Of a stretch of DNA of 64,000 bases, positions 47,684-56,769 are shown in pieces. The first letter of the stretch is position 1. Every line of letters starts with the position of its first letter. This DNA comes from a virus, in IMG/VR virus record IMGVR_UViG_3300008448_011290. One strand, written 5' to 3'. The notes beneath the pieces were generated by a model. It had not been told where the DNA came from, made no database searches, and saw only the letters and a program-made list of their open reading frames with translations. Position numbers and translations under genes: made by a program.

Positions 47684-49149
47684 ATTATATTTGCTATAGT
47701 TCTGTGTTTATTCTCATGGTATTCATAATATTTTTTAGATAGATCTAAAAATATCTCATCAACTGTTTTTAATTTAACATCAATACCCCATGATATTGCT
47801 AATTGTAACCACATATAATCTGGAAACATAGAATATCCACTGATAGAATTTTTCATAGTATTCAAAGGATTATTAATTTTATCATTGATTAATTGTGTGT
47901 GATTCTGTTTTATATCTTGCCAAAATTTTGTGTCTGTTCTATTGCTCATGGTATAATGCACAAGAATAAAATCAGCAATATCATCAATGGTGTAGCTCAT
48001 TTCTTTATTATAAGATGTAAAATTTAATTGTCCTTTCATTAATACTCGGGATAATCTTCTAATACTATTAACAATTATGTATAGAGCATTGGCTTCCAGT
48101 GGTTCAATAAAGCCACAACTCAATCCCACTGCTGCTACATTGCCTTCAGCGAATGTTTCTAATCTAGATGGTTTCCAACGAATTATTCTTGGTTCGGTTT
48201 TTAAATTACTCACTTGTTTTTTAAAATATTCTATAGCGGATTCATCATCTAGATGTTGAGATGAATAACAATAGCCATTGCCCATTCTATGTTGTAGTCC
48301 TATGTTGAATCTCCAGCCATAGGGTTCTGCTATGCTCTGAGTATAACAAACCAATTCTTTCTGCTTGTCTTCATAATCACTCTGTGCGACCACTGCACTG
48401 TCGATAAGATGCTGTGAGTATTCTTTAATTTTCCATCCTAATTTATTCACAAGCACTCTACGAAAACCAGAACAATCGATAAAAAAATCTCCCTGTACAC
48501 TGTTATTTTTTGTTTTTAATTCCGTAATAGTACTGTCTTTATGCACAACTTCTGTCACTTGATCTATTATTCTTTTAACTCCTAGCGGAACAGCAATTTC
48601 ATCTCTAATATATTCTGCTGCCATCTCTGCGTTGATGTGTTGGCTAACACTGTAGGGTTGATTCAATAGATGTTCACCTTTATAGAATGGCAGTGTATTT
48701 TTTTCCATATAATAAAATTGTGGATTAAAATAACGATCAAATCTATCAAATCCATTTTTACAATGCCATGCCATGTGATCGATACTGCGTATATCTGTGG
48801 TATCAGAGAAATTTTCATAGGATATGTTTTGAGTGATATCTTTTAAAAAATTTATTTCTGGCACAGTGTAATTAAAACTAAAGTATTCGTATTCACCTTT
48901 GTTGTTTACCCAGTTCACAAACTTATTTGCATACTTGTACACAGCACCTGTTTTGGCCATCCAATCTTCAGTGGGAATACCTATTTCTTCAAAAAATCTT
49001 GCTACATGTGGAGTAACACTCTCGCCCACACCAATTCTGGGTATATCTGCAGGTTCTATCACAGTAATATCATTGGATATTTTATATTTGGCTAGATAGG
49101 CTGCAGTCATCCATCCTGCTGTGCCACCACCCACTATTATTATTCTCAT
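47680..49149 (-). CDS. Tryptophan halogenase family flavoprotein (PrnA-like)
   Basis: GGGTAGW, IGVGES, conserved Lys (VYKYA), FIDCSGF, GFIEPLEA. Confidence 0.88.
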   Translation of the reverse strand: MRIIIVGGGTAGWMTAAYLAKYKISNDITVIEPADIPRIGVGESVTPHVARFFEEIGIPTEDWMAKTGAVYKYANKFVNWVNNKGEYEYFSFNYTVPEINFLKDITQNISYENFSDTTDIRSIDHMAWHCKNGFDRFDRYFNPQFYYMEKNTLPFYKGEHLLNQPYSVSQHINAEMAAEYIRDEIAVPLGVKRIIDQVTEVVHKDSTITELKTKNNSVQGDFFIDCSGFRRVLVNKLGWKIKEYSQHLIDSAVVAQSDYEDKQKELVCYTQSIAEPYGWRFNIGLQHRMGNGYCYSSQHLDDESAIEYFKKQVSNLKTEPRIIRWKPSRLETFAEGNVAAVGLSCGFIEPLEANALYIIVNSIRRLSRVLMKGQLNFTSYNKEMSYTIDDIADFILVHYTMSNRTDTKFWQDIKQNHTQLINDKINNPLNTMKNSISGYSMFPDYMWLQLAISWGIDVKLKTVDEIFLDLSKKYYEYHENKHRTIANII

Positions 49150-50231
49150 GCTATATCTCCATCATTTTTTTCGCTGTAGGTGTAGGCTTCGGGTACTCGA
49201 TCCAGCACAGGTAATCGTTTGTTCACATAAGCATCACGAGTGATCACTTGATGCACAAAGTTTGTGAGATAATCCTGTCTATTAAACTTAGCCCATGGCG
49301 AGTGTTTCAACTGATGCAGATCTATGTTGGTAACATCTGGCCACTGTATGATTCTTAATTTGTGTCCATTCATATAGGCCATCATATGATACATATTATC
49401 ATCCCCTTCGTTGTGAGCACTGATCAATTCATGACCCAATGATTTTGCTATCTTCTCTATCTCTTTGTAATTCTTGCTGATATATGCTGTGGGTTCATTG
49501 GGTACTCGTCCTATGTTACTACCCAATCGTATGCGGAATTGATATCGTTTGCCTTTTTTATTGTAATAAGGAAAACTGTTAATCTCTTCCAGTACATCTC
49601 GTAGATGTTCATAACTTTCCACAGTGTATCCAATATAGTGAAATCTCAATCCCATATCGATACAGTTTTTTATGCCTTCTAATTGTCTCTCATGAGTATC
49701 TCTACCTTGATAACTCCAGTGATTCAATCCTATCAAAACCTGATCTACCCTGTATAATATCAAGTTCTCTACAAACTTTCTTTCACCCAGTCTCACACCA
49801 TTGGTTAATATCATGGTTTTTCTACCATCATGATGCACACAATCTATGATATCAAATAGATCTTTCCTCACAGTGGGTTCGGCTCCTGCTAACACAATAT
49901 TTTCTAATTCACGTGGTGCTGTTCTTATATCATTATAAATGTAAGCAAGATCAATATCTCTATCTCTGTTATTGGGTATATGATAACAGTGAGGACAGTC
50001 CAACTGACATCTATTGGTAGTTTCTACCATCAATATTTTATTGTATAGTTGGTTGGTTCGTTGCTCTAATCGCTCACAGAATTCAGCATCAGGATCCTGT
50101 ATCACTCGAAATGGTCCATGCTCGGTGCATTCTTTCACAATGTATCTCACATTATCCTCAACCACAATTTGACTGGGTAGATGTCGATAGCAAACAGGAC
50201 ACAGTGAATGTGATTCGTATAATAGTTTCAT
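49146..50231 (-). CDS. Radical SAM protein with N-terminal CxxC...CxxH domain
   Basis: CQLDCPHC, GAEPT, TNG; N-terminal SLCPVC...KECTEHG. Confidence 0.88.
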   Translation of the reverse strand: MKLLYESHSLCPVCYRHLPSQIVVEDNVRYIVKECTEHGPFRVIQDPDAEFCERLEQRTNQLYNKILMVETTNRCQLDCPHCYHIPNNRDRDIDLAYIYNDIRTAPRELENIVLAGAEPTVRKDLFDIIDCVHHDGRKTMILTNGVRLGERKFVENLILYRVDQVLIGLNHWSYQGRDTHERQLEGIKNCIDMGLRFHYIGYTVESYEHLRDVLEEINSFPYYNKKGKRYQFRIRLGSNIGRVPNEPTAYISKNYKEIEKIAKSLGHELISAHNEGDDNMYHMMAYMNGHKLRIIQWPDVTNIDLHQLKHSPWAKFNRQDYLTNFVHQVITRDAYVNKRLPVLDRVPEAYTYSEKNDGDIA

Positions 50232-50632
50232 CTTCCGTTGGCGTAATTCTTTATTGTTAATATAAGACTGCCCAAACCATTCTGTCTTTGAGGAGTCAGA
50301 ATAGATGAAATATTTAATGATGCAAAATCTTCTATCTTAATTTTTTGTATATTCTTATACTTTTGTTCATTCAATATATCCAATATAATATAGGCAGTGC
50401 CTCGAGTTATGAAAGCATCTGCTCCTGCTCGCAATTTTAACACCTCTTTTTCAAAGATAGGCACTAACCATAGATTGCTGGCACAGCCGCGTATTTTAAA
50501 GCTCTCCAACTGATATTTTTCATCCAGTGGTTCTAATTTTCTGCCAAGATCTATGAGATATTCTAATCGATCCATGCTTGACAACTGAGACAATGTTTCA
50601 CTCCATTGTTGTATTTTATTTTTTATTCGCAT
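50228..50632 (-). CDS. sufE: SufE-like sulfur acceptor
   Basis: LIDLGRKL, IRGCASNLW, DAFITRG, LTPQRQNGL. Confidence 0.9.
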   Translation of the reverse strand: MRIKNKIQQWSETLSQLSSMDRLEYLIDLGRKLEPLDEKYQLESFKIRGCASNLWLVPIFEKEVLKLRAGADAFITRGTAYIILDILNEQKYKNIQKIKIEDFASLNISSILTPQRQNGLGSLILTIKNYANGR

Positions 50633-50912
50633 GATCTCCCATCCTCTGCCACCAAAACCAAAAACGCATTGCGTCTTTTTTATATTGAAAACTCATGTAA
50701 GCACGATTCTTACCATAAGACCGCTCATCGTAGGTATCATAGGCAAGATTGTGCCAGTCTGGGTGTGTCCAGAACCACCAACCCCATGAACCCACACTGT
50801 GTCTTTTGCACCATTCTATGAGATCTCCATCCACTCCAAAATTATTAAGATCTATATTATGACGAAACTTCTGCAAATAACCAGATTTCTTGCGTCGTTT
50901 TTTCTTTGGCAT
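50616..50912 (-). CDS. Trp-rich hypothetical protein
   Basis: First gene after a leaderless promoter. Confidence 0.55.
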   Translation of the reverse strand: MPKKKRRKKSGYLQKFRHNIDLNNFGVDGDLIEWCKRHSVGSWGWWFWTHPDWHNLAYDTYDERSYGKNRAYMSFQYKKDAMRFWFWWQRMGDHANKK

Positions 50913-50918
50913 TATTCA

Positions 50919-50947
50919 ATTATAAACGATTAATGGTTGGTATTCAA
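50919..50947 (-). promoter_or_regulatory. Sigma70-type promoter TTGAAT-N17-TATAAT, leaderless
   Basis: 6 nt to ATG 50912. Confidence 0.65.
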
Positions 50948-50954
50948 CCTATTG

Positions 50955-51992
50955 CTAGCTCAGTGATTGCTCGTAGAGCTGTTGAGCAGCTAGATTCTTC
51001 CATTTAGCTTCGACTTGAATATCAAAATTATCCAAGAAAGTCAATGCCCAAGCATTAGCAGTTCTATTAGGTAATAGATCTGAATGAGATCTTAATTTCT
51101 GTTTCTTACAACCTAATAATAATAAGTCCTTGATATTATGCAAACCACTGTGCATCTTTTCAGGATGATCTCGGTAAGCGGGCAACAATTCTTCATCACG
51201 GAAATAAGAATAATGCAGAGTAGGACGTGTGCCACGCCATGAATCAATCACTCGTTTGACTCTATCATCATTTGCTTGTATGTATTCTTCGTCTCTGATC
51301 AGATGATGATGTATGTCTAATACCAGTGCCACATGCTTCTCTAATTTAAGTGTGGCATCCAAACCCCAGCCCATTTCATCATTTTCTATGGTGATAAGAT
51401 TGCGTGCTTCGGGTGATAATCTAGGCAGAGCTTTAATAATACCTTCTGTACCTTGACGACCGGATATGTGTACATTAATTTTACAACCATCTTGAAACTT
51501 ACGACCAAAACCCATCCAGCGTGCCATATTAACATGATATTCAAACTCATCAATACTTCTGCGTACTATATCTTCAGATTCTGAAGCCAACACTGTGAAT
51601 TGTCCTGGATGGAAAGATACTTTAACATCTAGTCGACGAGCTAACTCGCCCACTTCAGCAAAATGCTTTTCACAATACCGTACAATATCCTGTGAATCTA
51701 TATAGTATCGCCATGTCGCTTCTGTGGCCATTGGCAGCACAGGAGATCCTAATCGTACCATTCGTCTTTCGGGTGGCAGTGATCCTACATGTGACACAAG
51801 TTTTTTCAGTGATTCTATGTTGTGTCTCACCACTGAATCTAATTTCTCTTCTGCTTGATCACGATGCTCATTCAGCCAACGCACTGTAGTAGCTTTGGTA
51901 TTAAAGGGTCTTTGAATTTCTTCCAGTTGTTTCTTGCTGAGAGTCTGATCAGTATGATACCATTGACAGCAGAAACCTATACGTTTCGTCAT
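50955..51992 (-). CDS. uvsE: UV-damage endonuclease
   Basis: IGFCC, SFHPGQF.VLAS, NVHISG, IENDE, LDIHHH, RSHSD, VEAK.K. Confidence 0.92.
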   Translation of the reverse strand: MTKRIGFCCQWYHTDQTLSKKQLEEIQRPFNTKATTVRWLNEHRDQAEEKLDSVVRHNIESLKKLVSHVGSLPPERRMVRLGSPVLPMATEATWRYYIDSQDIVRYCEKHFAEVGELARRLDVKVSFHPGQFTVLASESEDIVRRSIDEFEYHVNMARWMGFGRKFQDGCKINVHISGRQGTEGIIKALPRLSPEARNLITIENDEMGWGLDATLKLEKHVALVLDIHHHLIRDEEYIQANDDRVKRVIDSWRGTRPTLHYSYFRDEELLPAYRDHPEKMHSGLHNIKDLLLLGCKKQKLRSHSDLLPNRTANAWALTFLDNFDIQVEAKWKNLAAQQLYEQSLS

Positions 51993-51998
51993 GTGTTA

Positions 51999-52026
51999 AT
52001 TGTAACACATTATTGCCAATTGTCAA
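51999..52026 (-). promoter_or_regulatory. Sigma70-type promoter TTGACA-N16-TACAAT, leaderless
   Basis: 6 nt to ATG 51992. Confidence 0.7.
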
Positions 52027-52708
52027 CAACGAAAGGATCTCCTGAATTGAATGGTTTTGGTTCTCCATGGAATACTGCTACCATATTATTATCTGTGATT
52101 GCGGGAGCATGTTCGAATACTTTTTTATTACCTTTATTAATTGGCCTAGCATTGCGAGGCATCATTTCCCATTTATAGCTACGAATCCATTCGTCGGGCC
52201 AATGATTTATATCCTTTGCTGCTCTTTTAGTAATCCAATCTTGATCTCCATGATTGTTACGCATTACACTGCCAGGATCTCGAGCAAATTCTGTCCAAAG
52301 ATAATCCAACTGTCCGGTCTTCCAACGCATCACAGAGGAGTTGCTGAGTTTCCAATCTGATACTCTACATCTGTTAAAATCTCTTATGATCATGAACTGT
52401 TCAAGATTGTGAGAGAATAATCTATCTATGTTCTTGAATATTACAACATCTAAATCAAAATATAATACAGTGCCTTGTATGGGTAATTCTGGAGAGAACA
52501 TATACAGTTTACTCCACCAAGTTTTAATGCCTGGATGTACAGGTAAGGTTATTATTTTAATATCTGCATCTAATCCTTGAGGATCCTCTGTGAGACAATG
52601 AAATTCAAATGGCACAGCAATGTGCCGGCGACACATATTTTTTAGAACATTAACGTATTGGCTGGTATATTTGTTGCCCCATTTAACACATAGCACATGA
52701 TTAGGCAT
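52010..52708 (-). CDS. GT-A fold glycosyltransferase
   Basis: CVKWG.KY, WWSKL, YFDLD (DxD), NSSVM, GDQ, FHG.PKP. Confidence 0.8.
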   Translation of the reverse strand: MPNHVLCVKWGNKYTSQYVNVLKNMCRRHIAVPFEFHCLTEDPQGLDADIKIITLPVHPGIKTWWSKLYMFSPELPIQGTVLYFDLDVVIFKNIDRLFSHNLEQFMIIRDFNRCRVSDWKLSNSSVMRWKTGQLDYLWTEFARDPGSVMRNNHGDQDWITKRAAKDINHWPDEWIRSYKWEMMPRNARPINKGNKKVFEHAPAITDNNMVAVFHGEPKPFNSGDPFVVDNWQ

Positions 52709-53861
52709 TGTTTTTGCTCCAATCATATCCTGGTCGAAGGAAATCTATTTGCATTTGTTTATAGTTATCATCACTCCACACATAATCAAAAGTGCCCGTC
52801 ACACCATCTGCATGAATTTGATGGATATCTAGATGCGCGGATAACTTTTTTAATATCACTGCAAAATCTTCCGTGCCAAAACTCTTCTCGAGATTGACCT
52901 GCCCTATCTTAATATAGCCTAGACTCAATTTAGGATCATTATAATTCATACCATTTCGAGTCAACCATTCACGAAATGCTCTTTGTTCTCGAGCATGCCA
53001 TTCATGATTCTGTTCGTTGATATTTCTACCCCATTCTATATCAAATTCTCCAGAATAAAACTTTAAACTGTTAATAGCAGAGCAAGTGGCAGCATCAATA
53101 TCTGCTCCATTCTCATCACGAAATACTTCAAACTGTGTTTTGCCCACCTGCGCCCAATGTAGATATACTCCTCCTAACTCTCTATCATATCTAGTTTTTA
53201 AAAATAATTCATAATCTTTATCTTGTAAATCCTGTCTAGGAGCGTTGAGGAATGTGGTTATCTGTGAAGGTCTTTGCCACTCTGGTTCATATGTTTTCTT
53301 TCTATTGGATAGTACCCAAGATTCTAATTCATGACATAGATCATTCAGCTGACGTATAGCCCATTTGGTATCATAATCAGCCAGTTTATAATAACGACTA
53401 ATGTTCCAAGTTTCACCTTGTAAATCTTCAAAATATCGATGCAACCTATTCATGGGTTCATGATTTAATCTTAAACCAGGTTTTCCGTTGCCCACTTCGC
53501 CTGATTGTATTACAGATTCTGGAGAGAAATAATCATTGATATGATAAGAAGGCAGTCCTGCTACTCCCCAATAGTTTGTGGAATTAAAACAATTGATTTG
53601 AAATATGGCTTGATTTATTTGTCGACATAGATATTCAGCATTTCGAGGCGAATCAGCCCAGCCTAACCAACAGTAATTTTTTTCTAAATGTAGATTATTT
53701 TTAAGATTTTGTTTGAGTAATTCAAGCCAACGCAGATTAAAATCCGTAGATTCAATGTCGATAAAATAAGATAGAGTATCTGTTTTATCTTCAGGATTCC
53801 TTAATACTATTTCAATCTCTTTGATAGATTGCACTGTTTGCTCCATGTTCTCGACATTCAA
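52701..53861 (-). CDS. Hypothetical protein (start uncertain)
   Basis: Long ORF; N.LHRYFEDL.G, LNDLCHELE, LHWAQVGK. Confidence 0.65.
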   Translation of the reverse strand: MNVENMEQTVQSIKEIEIVLRNPEDKTDTLSYFIDIESTDFNLRWLELLKQNLKNNLHLEKNYCWLGWADSPRNAEYLCRQINQAIFQINCFNSTNYWGVAGLPSYHINDYFSPESVIQSGEVGNGKPGLRLNHEPMNRLHRYFEDLQGETWNISRYYKLADYDTKWAIRQLNDLCHELESWVLSNRKKTYEPEWQRPSQITTFLNAPRQDLQDKDYELFLKTRYDRELGGVYLHWAQVGKTQFEVFRDENGADIDAATCSAINSLKFYSGEFDIEWGRNINEQNHEWHAREQRAFREWLTRNGMNYNDPKLSLGYIKIGQVNLEKSFGTEDFAVILKKLSAHLDIHQIHADGVTGTFDYVWSDDNYKQMQIDFLRPGYDWSKNNA

Positions 53862-54258
53862 CGGAATCTAACCATACTCTGCCACCGCTGCTCTGTTCTA
53901 TGATCTTACTTACATGGTTGTACACATACTCAGCAAATTTCTCACAACCTACTGCAGGCAGCACTCTAACGTCTGCAATCTTGCCATCCAACAGCATGAT
54001 TGTTTGAAATTCTGGATCATCCTCTGCAATACAAAGTGTGTGATCAAATTGCTTTTTTAACCAAGCCTTGATATCTTTTAATCCTCCAAAGTCCTGCACC
54101 CAGTTTCGATCATCCAGTGTGGTAGCACCAAATACAAATTTAAATGCCAGTGAGTAACCGTGTATTAATTGGCAATGTGAGTGTGTGGCTTTCCATTGAC
54201 GGAATGCACAACTTAAACCTTCTGTGTGGTCGTATGTTTTTGTTGAGTAGTATGTCAT
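53812..54258 (-). CDS. queD: 6-carboxy-5,6,7,8-tetrahydropterin synthase
   Basis: HSHCQLIHGY, WV.DFG.LK, FDH, GCEKFA, ECREH.ANSA. Confidence 0.92.
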   Translation of the reverse strand: MTYYSTKTYDHTEGLSCAFRQWKATHSHCQLIHGYSLAFKFVFGATTLDDRNWVQDFGGLKDIKAWLKKQFDHTLCIAEDDPEFQTIMLLDGKIADVRVLPAVGCEKFAEYVYNHVSKIIEQSSGGRVWLDSVECREHGANSAIYQRD

Positions 54259-54265
54259 TGTTTTT

Positions 54266-54321
54266 CTCCTGTTATGACATGCAGAATATTTAGAGTGGGA
54301 ATGAATGTCTTAAAGTCCACT
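54266..54321 (-). ncRNA. Candidate cis-regulatory H-type pseudoknot (preQ1-I-like riboswitch variant) in the queD leader
   Basis: P1 AGUGG(54321-17)/CCACU(54298-94); P2 GACAU(54309-05)/AUGUC(54280-76); SD AGGAG 54270-66. Confidence 0.45.
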
Positions 54322-54334
54322 GTGCTTAATTATG

Positions 54335-54583
54335 TTAGTGTAACGTACTGCCAGCAATTTTGTCAATCTCTAAAGTGTCGGCCAATTCGGCTATTCTATC
54401 AGAGAGATGATTGGGTATTTCCATTTTGCCATCGATTATAGCTTTTAAGAAATGTACCAATACCACAAACTCTGGAGTTTTACTTAGAGCTTCTGGATCC
54501 ATACCATGTTTTTCCATAGCACTCAATAATGCTTCTGTGGCATCCATTAAACAACTAATACTTTGTTCGTGTTTTTTTAACAT
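54335..54583 (-). CDS. Hypothetical protein
   Basis: Preceded by TTGACA-N16-TACAAT (54590-54617), 6 nt before the ATG. Confidence 0.6.
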   Translation of the reverse strand: MLKKHEQSISCLMDATEALLSAMEKHGMDPEALSKTPEFVVLVHFLKAIIDGKMEIPNHLSDRIAELADTLEIDKIAGSTLH

Positions 54584-54599
54584 AAGCTAATTGTAATTG

Positions 54600-55232
54600 T
54601 TATTTAGATTCTGTCAACTGTTTGTTGATGTACTTGGCCATGCCTTCGTAGGTTTCTTGGAAAACATTCTTGTGTTGACTCCATTCTGTGGGCAGAGTCC
54701 ATCCTTCTCGATTTACCACAATCCAACGACAACTGTTCAATACCATTAGTTTTTCAAACTGATAGATCCAGTAACTTGGATCCACAGGACGTTTGATATA
54801 CTCATAGCCTTTGCTGTCTTTGTAGATGTTATTCACAGTATCTTTTTCCACAGGATGTAGATCAAATCCTATCATGAATATGGCTTTGGGTTTAAAAGTT
54901 AAACCTACCACACCAGCATAAGGACCTGTGCCCCAATGGAATGGTTCGTCTTGACGTTTATCTCCTTCATAGGGTAGATCCGGCAGTGGTTTAACATTAG
55001 ACCACATAGCAAATTCTGAGTGCCATCGTTGACGAGTGTATATGGTGGTATTTTTACCCACTGTGTTGGCAGCTTCTTGACACATGTGACGATCAGCACA
55101 AACAAAATAATCAAAATTATAATCACGGAACTGTGCATTGCAACCAATTACTGTGCTGAATTTTTTTAAAGGCACAAGATCAAAGCCGAAACGACTCTCG
55201 CCGTTGCCGATAATGGAAACAAATTTAGTCAT
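54600..55232 (-). CDS. Glycosyltransferase-like (Maf/DUF115- or GT29-like Rossmann) protein
   Basis: IGNGESR, GCNA..RD, CAD, MIGFD. Confidence 0.55.
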   Translation of the reverse strand: MTKFVSIIGNGESRFGFDLVPLKKFSTVIGCNAQFRDYNFDYFVCADRHMCQEAANTVGKNTTIYTRQRWHSEFAMWSNVKPLPDLPYEGDKRQDEPFHWGTGPYAGVVGLTFKPKAIFMIGFDLHPVEKDTVNNIYKDSKGYEYIKRPVDPSYWIYQFEKLMVLNSCRWIVVNREGWTLPTEWSQHKNVFQETYEGMAKYINKQLTESK

Positions 55233-55836
55233 TTTTTATTGTTTTAACTCTGCCGTAAAGGTCTTTTTTCTCTACCACTGCAGAGGATACCAATCTATCT
55301 TTAGGAAAATTTTTACCTGCCACAATAATGCCTCTATCGTTGGCTGTTAACCACTCCTCTTCAAACATCTTTTGTATTTGTCGAGTCATTCTAGTGTGTG
55401 CTATGTCTGGATTCTTATCTCGAACTTCTTGTACAAATTTGTATCTTTTTAAACCATTGTTTAATAACTCAGCACAATCTGAGGTTACTTTATCTGCCAA
55501 CCACTCATCAGAACGCATTTCTTGTTTGATTTCTTTTTCTTTTTCTCGGCTTTCTTTTTGCTGTTCTCTATCTGTAACAATCCTATCAATTTTAAATTTC
55601 TTTTCTATTGCCTGTGCTGTTTTAGCAGAACAGTAATAAGTGAACCCATTCCACACAAATGTATTAATTTTATCACACTGATGACCATATTCCACTTGAT
55701 TCTTCTCACAGAATTCTTTTAAAGCTGCATCTTTGCCTGTGTTAATTAATGCGTCAGCAAATCCCCATGGCTCTGCCACATTAATTACTAGTGATTCTCT
55801 AATATCGGGCAATACAAAATATTTTATAACACTCAT
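55225..55836 (-). CDS. Hypothetical protein
   Basis: 203-aa ORF. Confidence 0.55.
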   Translation of the reverse strand: MSVIKYFVLPDIRESLVINVAEPWGFADALINTGKDAALKEFCEKNQVEYGHQCDKINTFVWNGFTYYCSAKTAQAIEKKFKIDRIVTDREQQKESREKEKEIKQEMRSDEWLADKVTSDCAELLNNGLKRYKFVQEVRDKNPDIAHTRMTRQIQKMFEEEWLTANDRGIIVAGKNFPKDRLVSSAVVEKKDLYGRVKTIKND

Positions 55837-55979
55837 TTTTTATGTTTCCGTTTTTTATTATTTAATTCTGATTCAGTTTTTTCATCATTGTTTATCATCC
55901 ATGATAAATCTTCTTCATCTTCTTCGTCTTTAAACTCTATAATAGGTTCTTCCAGTAACTTCCTTTTCTCAATAGTCAT
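55833..55979 (-). CDS. 48-aa acidic/basic protein, absent from ORF track
   Basis: MTIEKRKLLEEPIIEF...KRKHKK bridges the gap and overlaps both neighbours. Confidence 0.45.
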   Translation of the reverse strand: MTIEKRKLLEEPIIEFKDEEDEEDLSWMINNDEKTESELNNKKRKHKK

Positions 55980-56271
55980 ATTCTTCCTTGGCTATTACAT
56001 TCCATACAAGTTTATATTGATCCCATGCTTTTTGCAGTGCTGGATATTTCTGTCTCATTCTTATGGCTTCAGTGCCCATCATGTCCATCTCGGCCTGTGC
56101 TTGATCCATTAGTTTGGATTGCTCGCTCTTGTACACACATCGACCCCAACCCCCTCCTCGTTTCTGCTCGTACACAGTTTCGCCGCCATCTGGGCTTACG
56201 AAGATAGGTCCTCCCCTGCTCGCTCTTTTAGTTCTTTTATTCTTTTTTTTAACCATGTTTTTGTGGGCCAA
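55969..56271 (-). CDS. Phage hypothetical protein
   Basis: SPDGGETVY and KYPALQKAWDQYK motifs. Confidence 0.6.
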   Translation of the reverse strand: MAHKNMVKKKNKRTKRASRGGPIFVSPDGGETVYEQKRGGGWGRCVYKSEQSKLMDQAQAEMDMMGTEAIRMRQKYPALQKAWDQYKLVWNVIAKEEYDY

Positions 56272-56364
56272 TTTTTTTGTTCATTTGTTATAGTATATAC
56301 TTCTTCTTCCAGAGCTCGCAACAGATTCCATTCTTGGTTGGTTAATGGTTGTCGTTTGGTCATT

Positions 56365-56769
56365 TTAATAATATTCTTTGTGATCTCCGTTAGGATAACT
56401 TAATCTTATGCCATTGCGTCCAGGCTCACAATCACCCTTGTGTCTGGGTATGAGATGTATATGAGGCCACAGCACAGTTTGTCCTGCTGCCATGCCTATA
56501 TTCTGTCCTATATTAAAACCTGCCCACTTGCCTGACTCTATCTGATCTTGCCCATATTCGTATGCTGCTCCATAGGTCACTCTCACATGTCCCACCATGT
56601 TCTTTTTGGGTATCCACAGCAGATGTCCTGGTGTCACAGGAAATCGATCATCCCACACAGAGTATGTGTCATTCTCCCATTTAGGAGAGCCGTTGGCGTG
56701 CCACGTGCTCTCTTCGTAGCAGCTAATGGGTTCTCTTAGATTCTTTGCTATAAACGTTTTCGATGTCAT
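56365..56769 (-). CDS. HIT family nucleotide hydrolase
   Basis: D.FPVTPGH.L.IPK, GFNIG.N.G.AAGQTV..PHIHLIPR..GD. Confidence 0.9.
   Translation of the reverse strand: MTSKTFIAKNLREPISCYEESTWHANGSPKWENDTYSVWDDRFPVTPGHLLWIPKKNMVGHVRVTYGAAYEYGQDQIESGKWAGFNIGQNIGMAAGQTVLWPHIHLIPRHKGDCEPGRNGIRLSYPNGDHKEYY

Noticed and set aside
49146-50231. Radical SAM gene as the missing QueE
   Set aside because: It lacks the QueE F.R..GC...C..CDT context and carries an extra N-terminal CxxC/CxxH domain; QueE is presumably outside the window or host-supplied
56196-56363. 55-aa ORF MTKRQPLTNQEW... and the small ORF near 5015..5170
   Set aside because: Plausible gap fillers, but they overlap neighbouring genes and have no recognisable motif; too weak to call
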